NCBI RefSeq assembly: GCF_006345805.1
Contig: NW_021826919.1
Location: 1 to 12,174 of the forward strand
Length of the DNA: 12,174 bases
Reading direction: 5' to 3'
From: Octopus sinensis
Lineage: Eukaryota
Position numbers and translations under genes: made by a program
Notes under the pieces: generated by a model
Told to the model about the DNA's origin: nothing
Databases searched by the model: none
What the model saw: only the letters and a program-made list of their open reading frames with translations
Part shown: positions 1-8,003 of the stretch, one piece after another
How the letters are laid out: every line of letters begins with the position of its first letter
Position numbering within the stretch: the first letter of the stretch is position 1

Positions 1-212
1 CCTTTCTACTAAAGGCACAAGGCCTGAAATTGTAGGGGAAGGGGACAGTCGATTACATCGGCCCCAGTGTTTCACTGGTACTTAATTTATCGACCTCGAA
101 TGTACGGAAGACAAAGTCAACCTCGGTGGATTTTGAACTCAGAATGTAACAACAGGAGACATACTGCTAAAGATTTTAACCAGTGTGCTAACAATTCTGC
201 CAGCTCACCACC
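1..212 (-). mobile_element. tRNA-derived SINE, family B (Meta-domain-like centre)
   Basis: Minus strand reads GGTGGTGAGCTGGCAGAATTGTTAGC (A-box-like), then GAGTTCAAAATCC (B-box-like, plus 128-140), then GTTGACTTTGTCTTCCGTACATTCGAGGTCGATAAATTAAGTACCAG, which resembles the MetaSINE central domain as I recall it. The 3' end reaches the window edge. Confidence 0.75.
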
Positions 213-213
<1 letters not shown>

Positions 214-297
<84 letters not shown>

Positions 298-366
298 TAT
301 TAATAATAATAATAATAATAACAATAACAATAACAATAACAATAATAATAATAATAATAATAATAA
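214..366. repeat. (TAA)n microsatellite with CAA variants
   Basis: About 50 trinucleotide units read directly; source of the poly-N, poly-L and poly-Y ORFs. Confidence 0.99.
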
Positions 367-367
367 A

Positions 368-563
368 GGCGCAGGAGTGGCTGCGTGGTAAGTAGCTTGT
401 TTACCAACCACATGGTTCCGGGTTCAGTCCCACTGCGTGGTACCTTGGGCAAGTGTCTTCTACTATAGCCTCGGCTGACCAAAGCCTTGTGAGTGGATTT
501 GGTAGACGGAAACGGAAAGAAACCCGTCGTATATATGTATATATATATACTATATATACATAT
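368..563 (+). mobile_element. tRNA-derived CORE-type SINE family A, 5' half only
   Basis: A box TGGCTGCGTGG (378-388), B box GGTTCAGTCCC (421-431), CORE-like ACCTTGGGCAAGT; ends in the internal (TA)n tract. Matches the other family A copies in the window. Confidence 0.9.
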
Positions 564-664
564 AGGCTATAGTAGAAGACACTTGCCCAAGGTACCACGC
601 AGTGGGACTGAACCCGGAACCATGTGGTTGGTAAACAAGCTACTTACCACGCAGCCACTCCTGC
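564..664 (-). mobile_element. SINE family A head, exact inverted copy of 371-471
   Basis: 101/101 reverse-complement match to 371-471 by manual comparison. Confidence 0.92.
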
Positions 665-702
665 AAGAAATGGAAGCAAATTTGAAAGAAGAAAAAAAAA
701 AG

Positions 703-730
703 TAATAATAATAATAATAATAATAATAAT
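703..730. repeat. (TAA)9 microsatellite
   Basis: Direct reading; abuts the LINE fragment at 731. Confidence 0.97.
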
Positions 731-1188
731 GTACCAGCCAATGTACACCACTAGCCCAGAAGGAATATAAGAGACGCCATGACAATTTAGAAAGGCTTGT
801 TCATTGGACACTTTGCAACAAGTATGGACTTGATAGAAGAAAAAATTGGTACAACCACAAGCCTGAAAGCATTGTCAAAAAATGGAAAGGCAAAGATCCT
901 ATGGGATTTTATGATTCAATGAAACCATGAGATAGAAAATAGGGAGCCAGACATAGTCTTAATTGAGAAGAAAGCAAACTATGCTGGATCATAGTTATAG
1001 CATGCCCAGCTGACAACAAGTATGCAATAAGGACGAAGGAAAGTTGATAGATATGATAGGCTAGCTTGGGAGGTTTAGCAGTTGTGGTCGATGAAAAAGG
1101 TGGTAGTGGTACCAATAATTGTGGGGGCCCTGGGAACAGTGAGTAAAAATCTCGAGAAATACGTGGCACAAATAGGGGCTTCAATAAG
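731..1188 (+). mobile_element. Decayed non-LTR retrotransposon fragment, restriction-like endonuclease (RLE) domain, R4/Dong-clade-like
   Basis: Translation across frameshifts: TSQCTPLAQKEYKRRHDNLERLVHWTLCNKYGLDRRKNWYNHKPESIVK / NGKAKILWDFMIQ*NHEIENREPDIVLIEKK / KLCWIIVIACPADNK / RYDRLAWEV*QLWSMKKVVVVPIIVGALGTVSKNLEKYVAQIG. It has the RHD motif (775-783), PD motif (947-952) and VPIIVGALG typical of R4/Dong C-termini, with stops, frameshifts and V in place of the second catalytic D. Confidence 0.88.
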
Positions 1189-1209
1189 CGAACAAAAAGG
1201 GGCTGCAAT

Positions 1210-1308
1210 AATAAGTCCTGGGGTCGATTTGCACGACTAAAGGCGGTGCTGCAGCATGGCCACAGTCAAATGACTGAAACAAGTAAAAGAGTAAAGAATA
1301 AAAGAGTA
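1210..1308 (+). mobile_element. SINE family A, 3' tail only
   Basis: AATAAGTCCTGGGGTCGATTTGC...GACTGAAACAAGTAAAAGAGTAAAG matches the tails of the full copies. Confidence 0.88.
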
Positions 1309-1531
1309 TATATATCATTAATTAAATATATTCTGTTAGAATATTATACGCTGAATTTATAATGAGTGCTGGTTATATAAAATGTCAAAAAATTAATACT
1401 ATAAAGTATTTAGACATTAAAACAAGCGATTTTATATATTGTAGTTTGAAATAATAGCATGAAATTTAATATAAAAAAATTCCTCACGAAGATATATGTG
1501 TCTTAAATAATATTCTATTGAAAATATATAT

Positions 1532-1935
1532 GAGTGGCTGTGTGGTAAGTAGCTTGCTTAACCAACCACATGGTTCCAGGTTCAGTCCCACTGCGTGGCA
1601 TCTTGAGCAAGTGTCTTCTGCTATAGCCCCGGGCCGACCAATGCCTTGTAAGTGGATTTGGTAGACGGAAACTGAAAGAAGCCCGTCGTATATATGTATA
1701 TATATATATATATGCGTGTGTGTGTTTGTGTGTCTGTATTTGTCCCCTAGCATTGCTTGACAACCGATGCTGGTGTGTTTATGTCCCCGTTACTTAGCGG
1801 TTCGGCAAAAAGAGACCGATAGAATAAGTACTGGGCTTACAAAAAGAATAAGTCCCGGGGTCGATTTGCTCGACTAAAGGCGGTGCTCCAGCATGGCCGC
1901 AGTCAAATGACTGAAACAAGTAAAAAGAAAAAAGA
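1532..1935 (+). mobile_element. SINE family A, near full length
   Basis: tRNA-like head, CORE-like block, internal (TA)n(TG)n, tail ending GAAACAAGTAAAAAGAAA. Confidence 0.93.
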
Positions 1936-2102
1936 AAGGAAGATATAAGTATATAAAACATGACAGCTTAAAAATTTGTTAATTAATGCATCTTATGATC
2001 GTTTCACGAAAGTATTGTCGTTATAAATGGAATCCATTGTTGATACACATTGATAGATAATACTTCTGCTCAATAGAGATGGAGAAGATAAGGATTTTAT
2101 AA

Positions 2103-2649
2103 TACTCTTTACTCTTTTACTCTTTTACTTGTTTCAGTCATTTGACTGCGGCCATGCTGGAGCATCACCTTTAGTCGAGCAAATCGACCCCGGGACTTAT
2201 TCTTTGTAAGCCCAGTACTTATTCTATCGGTCTCTTTTGCCGAACGGCTAAGTTTACTCTTTTACTTGTTTCAGTCATTTGACTGCGGCCATGCTGGAGC
2301 ACCACCTTTTAGTCGAGCAAATCGACCCCGGGACTTATTCTTTGTAAGCCCAGTACTTATTCTATCGGTCTCTTTTGCCGAACCGCTAAGTGACGGGGAC
2401 GTAAACACACCAGCATCGGTTGTCAAGCAATGCTAGGGGGACAAACACAGACACACACATACATATATACATGCATACATATATACGACGGGCTTCTTCT
2501 CAGTTTCCGTCTACCAAATCCACTCACAAGGCATTGGTCGGCCCGGGGCTATAGCAGAAGACACTTGCCCAAGATACCACGCAGTGGGACTGAACCCGGA
2601 ACCATGTGGTTGGTTAGCAAGCTACTTACCACACAGCCACTCCTGCACC
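2103..2649 (-). mobile_element. SINE family A, full length with tandemly duplicated ~138-bp tail
   Basis: Head at 2649 (GGTGCAGGAGTGGC on minus). Tail-unit marker CTAAGT at 2386 and 2248. Ends in (GTAAAAGA)n. Confidence 0.93.
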
Positions 2650-2779
2650 TATGTATGGAATGTTGTTTTAAAATTAGAAAAAAATATGTGAAACTATTTT
2701 TGAAAATGGATTAAAATTTATTGGTTTAGATTTATGCAGGTCGACTTTGGTAATAAAATTTAAAGTTTGTATTTATATA

Positions 2780-3559
2780 CATTCGAGCTTTGGTGTTGGA
2801 GAAGACTTTTGCGGATTCCATGGACAGCGAGGCTCACCAATGGAGAAGTTCTTAAGCAGATAAGGCCGAAACTGTCACTAGAAGCTAGGATCACCAAGCA
2901 TAGATTGGCATATTTCGATCATATATGGACACTATTTCGATCATATATGGACACTAAAGAAAGCTGACCAGAAGAGAATTAATGCATTCGAGCTTTGGTG
3001 TTGGAGAAGACTTTTGCGGATTCCATGGACAGCGAGGCTCACCAATGGAGAAGTTCTTAAGCAGATAAGGCCGAAACTGTCACTAGAAGCTAGGATCACC
3101 AAGCATAGATTGGCATATTTCGATCATATATGGACACTATTTCGATCATATATGGACACTAAAGAAAGCTGACCAGAAGAGAATTAATGCATTCGAGCTT
3201 TGGTGTTGGAGAAGACTTTTGCGGATTCCATGGACAGCGAGGCTCACCAATGGAGAAGTTCTTAAGCAGATCAGGCCGAAAATGTCGCTAGAAGCTAGGA
3301 TCACCAAGCATAGATTGGCATATTTCGGTCATATTATGCGGAGAAAATCCCTGGAGAAGGACATCATGCTTGGAATAGTCAGTGGCAAGAGAGGAAGAGG
3401 CCGGCCAAGAACCTGCTGGCTTGACACCATCAAGAGTGATACCGGAATGGACATAGCCAATCTGAAAGAAGCGGCCCAGGATAGAACTGACTGGAGGACA
3501 CTGATCCAACGAGTAACCAAGAATCAACTTCGACTGAGCGGATAGATAGATAGATAGAT
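2780..3559 (+). mobile_element. 5'-truncated RTE-clade (BovB-like) LINE 3' end with internal tandem duplications
   Basis: Open frame 3153-3545: WTLKKADQKRINAFELWCWRRLLRIPWTARLTNGEVLKQIRPKMSLEARITKHRLAYFGHIMRRKSLEKDIMLGIVSGKRGRGRPRTCWLDTI...DRTDWRTLIQRVTKNQLRLSG*, closely resembling the RTE/BovB ORF C-terminus. (GATA)n tail 3541-3559 overlaps the stop. Candidate TSD ATTTATAT at 2771-2778 and 3558-3565. Confidence 0.93.
2781..3335 (+). repeat. 205-bp tandem repeat (~2.7 units) inside the RTE fragment
   Basis: ATTCGAGCTTTGGTGTTGG starts at 2781, 2986 and 3191. The first two units contain a 22-bp doublet TATTTCGATCATATATGGACAC (2911 and 2933). Confidence 0.95.
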
Positions 3560-3716
3560 TTATATCCTTGGTAAGTTCATCTCAATAATCCATGACTGGT
3601 TTTGATTTAGGCAGATAGACTTTGGTAAGAAACTTTCGAGTTTATATATATATATCCTTGTTAAATCCATCTTGGTAATCCATGACAAATTTTTAAACTG
3701 TCATACTTCGTATATC

Positions 3717-3900
3717 ATATCTATAAAAGGGAGAATGTGTGTGTGTGCGTGTGTACGTGATTGTAATTTATGCATGTCCACAAATTAGCACGCATGTCGC
3801 TCAAATTTTAGGAGGACATTTGTCAACACCCTATCTGGGTTTTGTCAACTTATTTTTACCCCAAGGTACCCGTGGGTAGCGTAAATATCTATTTTTAGAC
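3717..3900 (+). mobile_element. Possible 5' part of a non-autonomous Helitron-like element
   Basis: TCTATAAAAGGGAGAATG(TG)n followed by CGCATGTCGCTCAAATTTT resembles the 5' layout of invertebrate non-autonomous Helitrons. No clear 3' hairpin plus CTRR end was found. Confidence 0.3.
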
Positions 3901-4017
3901 ATAGCTTTTAGCCACGAAAAATATTAGCCTTAGCTTTTTTGCTAGCGCCTAACAAAAAAAAATAAGATAAAGAAAAGTGGAAGAAGGAGGCAGAGAGTTT
4001 CGTAGGAAAGACAAAGT

Positions 4018-4039
4018 GAGAGAGAGAGAGAGAGAGAGA
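4018..4039. repeat. (GA)n microsatellite
   Basis: Direct reading. Confidence 0.95.
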
Positions 4040-4190
4040 TAGTAAGTTATGACGTTCATCAAAAATAAAATGTAAAATGTTTTGTTTTTTGTTTTTGAAA
4101 TACACTATATTTTATAATCATAGTATATATACTTTCTCACACAACAATTACAATATATTTATTTTAAATATAAATATATTGTAAGTGATA

Positions 4191-4235
4191 TATAATATAA
4201 TATAATATAATATAATATAATATAATATAATATAA
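4191..4235. repeat. (TATAA)9 microsatellite
   Basis: Direct reading. Confidence 0.95.
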
Positions 4236-4261
4236 ATATATATTTATATTTTATCATATAT

Positions 4262-4955
4262 AGGAGTGGCTGTGTGGTAAGTAGCTTGTCTACCAACCAC
4301 ATGGTTCCGGGTTCAGTCCCACTGCATGGCACCTTGGGCAAGTGTCTTCTACTATAGCCTCGGGCCGACCGAAGCCTTGTGAGTGGATTTGGTAGACGGA
4401 AACTGAAAGAAGCCTGTCGTATATATGTATATATACATATATGTGTATGTGTGTGTGTTTGTGTGTCTGTGTTTGTCCCCCTAGCATTGCTTGACACCGA
4501 TGCTGGTGTGTTTATGTCCCCGTCACTTAGTGGTTCAGCAAAAGAGACCGATAGAATGAATACTGGGCTTACAAAGAATAAGTCCCGGGGTCGATTTGCT
4601 CGACTAAAGGCGGTGCTCCAGCATGGCCACAGTCAAATGACTGAAACAAGTAAAAGGGTAAACTTAGCGATTCGGCAAAAGAGACCGATAGAATAAGTAC
4701 TGGGCTTACAAAGAATAAGTCCCGGGGTCGATTTGCTCGACTAAAGGCGGTGCTCCAGCATGGCCACAGTCAAATGACTGAAACAAGTAAAAGAGTAAAC
4801 TTAGTCGTTCGGCAAAAGAGACCGATAGAATAAGTACTGGGCTTACAAAGAATAAGTCCCGGGGTCGATTTGCTCGACTAAAGGCGGTGCTCCAGCATGG
4901 CCACAGTCAAATTACTGAAACAAGTAAAAGAAAAAAAAAAGAAAGAAAGAAAAAA
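4262..4955 (+). mobile_element. SINE family A, full length with triplicated 137-bp tail and A-rich end
   Basis: Head AGGAGTGGCTGTGTGG at 4262; tail unit ACTTAG... starts at 4525, 4662 and 4799. Confidence 0.94.
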
Positions 4956-5562
4956 CTGAATATCAAAAAGGAGATGAAGACTTTTTTTATGAAAAGTAAC
5001 GATAGATATATACAATTAGATGAACTGAGGTAGGAATAAAAGTAATAAAAGTCATTATTGTGAATTGCTAAAGAGATTCAAAAGCATACCGGTTTTGTAA
5101 AATTACTGTTCACTGGCTTTGAATGCACACCAATATATATATATATATATGAGGTAAAATATGAATTTAAAAATCCTGGCGGATATTAATGAAGTGTCTG
5201 TTAAACGAACATGGTTAATGTTATCTAAGAATCAGACAGCAATAAATGGAAGTAGATTAAACAGCATTGGATGACAAGCAAATCCAAATCTCACTTGGAA
5301 GAATTTCAAGAAATTCAGAGAATAAGACGACGAAAATAAGAATGGACAAAATCCCATCTTTAATACCAATGATTGTTCCTGTGGCATTAGTATACTTCTA
5401 TACAGAATATTATTAATCAAATTAATACATTGGAAAATATATGTTAACGTATCGTTATCAAGGCAATCCAAAATTAATCAAATTCAAAGCAATCTAGGAA
5501 AATATCTCTCGACGACGAATGTATATAAAAAGAACAAGGAAGAAACAAAAGTCAGTTTAGTA

Positions 5563-5588
5563 TCTCTCTCTCTCTTTGTGTCTGTCTA

Positions 5589-5633
<45 letters not shown>

Positions 5634-5641
5634 ATATATAT
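5563..5641. repeat. Compound (CT)n/(TA)n microsatellite
   Basis: Direct reading. Confidence 0.95.
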
Positions 5642-5652
5642 TGATAGATCAT

Positions 5653-5838
5653 TAGCCCCTACACACATTTTTTCTCTCCTTGTTTCTCTTGTTTTTTCTG
5701 TGTCCCTTTCTGTAGAAGAGCGTAGGCTCGAAACGTAAAAGACTTTTTCTATTCCTGAGCAGTATACTAATACATCTGTTTGTTTTGTACACTACCTGTC
5801 TTCTTCTTTTGTTTTTTTCGTAAACTCTCCCTATATAT
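5653..5838 (+). mobile_element. Interspersed repeat, probable Penelope-like pLTR fragment (family D)
   Basis: A second diverged copy lies on the minus strand at 7851-8003. Carries CTGTAGA-A-GAGCgtagGCTC-GAAACGTA, a minimal hammerhead-like motif typical of PLE termini. Confidence 0.6.
5702..5743 (+). ncRNA. Degenerate minimal type I hammerhead-like motif
   Basis: Stem I GTC(C)CTTT/AAAGAC; core CUGUAGA (5710-5716, A6 to U); stem II GAGC/GCTC with GUAG loop; GAAA 5730-5733; self-complementary ACGT; GUA triplet. Confidence 0.45.
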
Positions 5839-5866
5839 AGAAATATATATATATATATATATATAT

Positions 5867-6238
<372 letters not shown>

Positions 6239-6430
6239 AAATAAATGAAAGATTGGAGTTGAACGACGATTTAACAAAATTCCTTTATTCTCAACATATG
6301 TTTCGAAGGCTGCATATTCCTAATTTCGAAGGAATAATTTCGAAATTAGGAATATGCAGCCTTCGAAACATATGTCGAGAATAAAGGAATTTTGTTAAAT
6401 CATCGTTCAACTCCATTCTTTCATTTATTT
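6239..6430. repeat. Long palindrome: 92-bp arms, 8-nt spacer
   Basis: 6239-6330 is the reverse complement of 6339-6430 with 3 mismatches; spacer GGAATAAT. Confidence 0.96.
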
Positions 6431-6917
6431 GTATTAAAAAAACACAAAAATTTCCACACGAAAGCACGTGATCTCTGCCCTTGGCATGTAGCTTCAACCG
6501 TGTTTTTCTGATGTGAATTTGCTACCCAGGTATCGGTTAACCGAATTATCGATTGGACTATATTTATTAATACAAAGCATGACATAACAAATAGATGACT
6601 TAACAAATCTTACAGCCGTTTCCGCTTCCGTTGCTACACGCTGTCTATAAATAATTGTGAAAATAAAATTCTTCATCTTCATAGGACATTCGAATTAAGG
6701 CATAGAGCTTCATCACAGTAAAAGACAAGAGCATCCAATATAAACAAGGTGAAGAAGGAATAGGAAAGAAAACATGGTCTAGAAAAGAAGTCTAGAAGCC
6801 CAATATATTAAAAGCATATAATCTATCAGTGATAACACGAGTAATGGATACCAATAGTACACACGCATGTTTTATCCCTCAGTTGGTTATCATAACTGCT
6901 AACTCTGTTTACACTAT

Positions 6918-7310
6918 ATCATCATCATCATCATCATCATCAACATCATCGTTTAATGTCCACCTTCCATGAATGGGGGTGTTTCACAAGAGCTGGCCAG
7001 GTAGAAGCCTGCACCAGACTTCTGTGATTGTTTTGGCAGGAATTTTACAGCTGGATGCCTTTCCTAACACCAACCATTCAGCAGAGTGTACTTTGTGCTT
7101 TTTACGTGGCACAAGCACAGTCGAGGTCAGTTTTAACAAAGATTTTTACAGCTGGATGCCCTTCCTAACACCAACCATTCAGCAGAGTGTACTTTGTGCT
7201 TTTTATGAGGCACAAGTACAGGTGAGGTCAGTTTTGGCATGGCTTTTACCGCTGGATGACCTTCCAAACACCAACCACTTTACAGTGTGGACTGGGTGCT
7301 TTTAAGTGGA
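6918..7310 (-). mobile_element. Retroposon family C, diverged 3' part with (GAT)n tail and internal ~100-bp tandem repeat
   Basis: (CAT)n 6918-6950, then GTTTAATGTCCACCTTCCATG, homologous to 8026-8046. ACAGCTGGATG..TTCC.AACACCAACCA recurs at 7047, 7148 and 7248. Confidence 0.8.
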
Positions 7311-7520
7311 ATCTGCACTAACAGGGACCCCAAGTACTCTTGCTAGACAATTGGTGTATAAATTTCATAAACGAATAAATATTCACAGAATATTTATATA
7401 GATATTATTATCAATTACTATTATCAATAAAATAAATAATAACAATAATAATATAAGTGGCCAAAAAGGAAAAACCCAATAAAATGGCAAATCCAAAATT
7501 TCCGTATAAACTACTATTTT

Positions 7521-7523
7521 TAT

Positions 7524-7579
<56 letters not shown>

Positions 7580-7602
7580 TAATATATATATATACATATA
7601 TA
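7521..7602. repeat. (CA)n(TA)n compound microsatellite
   Basis: Direct reading. Confidence 0.96.
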
Positions 7603-7611
7603 CATTTTCAT

Positions 7612-7850
7612 TTATTCTTTTACTTCTCATTTGTCTGCAGCCATGCTGGAGCACTGCCCTTAGGCAAGCAAATCGACCCCAGAGCTTATTCTTTGTGAGC
7701 CTAGTTCTTATTCTATCGGCCTCTTTTGCCAAACCACTAAGTTACGGGGACATAAACACACCAGCATAGTTGGGTGGGGGACAAATACACATACACACAC
7801 ACACACACACATATACGACAGGATTCTTTCAGTTTCCGTCTACCAAATCC
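7612..7850 (-). mobile_element. SINE family A, diverged, head missing
   Basis: Tail and central part match family A; homology stops at TACCAAATCC (7850), where the family D copy begins. Confidence 0.88.
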
Positions 7851-8003
7851 ATATATGTATAGTTGAAATTTATAGAATATCAAAAGACAAAGACAGGTGT
7901 ATAAACAACAAGCAGGTGTATTAGTTTGTCACTCAGGAAAGTGAGAAAGTCTTTTACATTTTGAGCCTATGCTCTTCAACAGAAAGGAATAAGAGAAAAT
8001 AAA
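7851..8003 (-). mobile_element. Second copy of family D (probable Penelope-like pLTR fragment)
   Basis: Minus strand TCCTTTCTGTTGAAGAGCATAGGCTCAAAATGTAAAAGACTTTCTCACTTTCCTGAG...CTAATACACCTG aligns with 5703-5835. Confidence 0.7.

Noticed and set aside
368-445. tRNA gene
   Set aside because: A and B boxes are present, but the sequence runs straight into a SINE body repeated many times in the window; it is a tRNA-derived head.
185-482. Poly-Asn, poly-Leu and poly-Tyr ORFs
   Set aside because: Translations of the (TAA)n microsatellite.
909-1208. 99-aa minus-strand ORF
   Set aside because: Antisense shadow of the decayed RLE fragment on the plus strand.
1484-2714. Recurrent short ORFs (RLPNPLTR..., SRRHLPK..., GTEPGTMWLV)
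   Set aside because: Chance translations of SINE family A recurring wherever the SINE occurs; not a gene family.
4960-5550. Possible host exon or very old LINE ORF remnant (NPNLTWKNFKKFRE)
   Set aside because: The plus frames I read are broken by stops, and there is no diagnostic motif or convincing splice pair; a blastx/HMM search is needed.
6611-6682. Complete hammerhead on the minus strand
   Set aside because: Only the GAAAC-GGCT-GUA half is present, with no CUGANGA or stem I/II in register; kept only as weak support for the cluster finding.
6700-6870. Possible decayed RT-thumb-like peptide (KKTWSRKEV*KPNILKAYNLSVITRV)
   Set aside because: The resemblance is too short and vague to support without a profile search.
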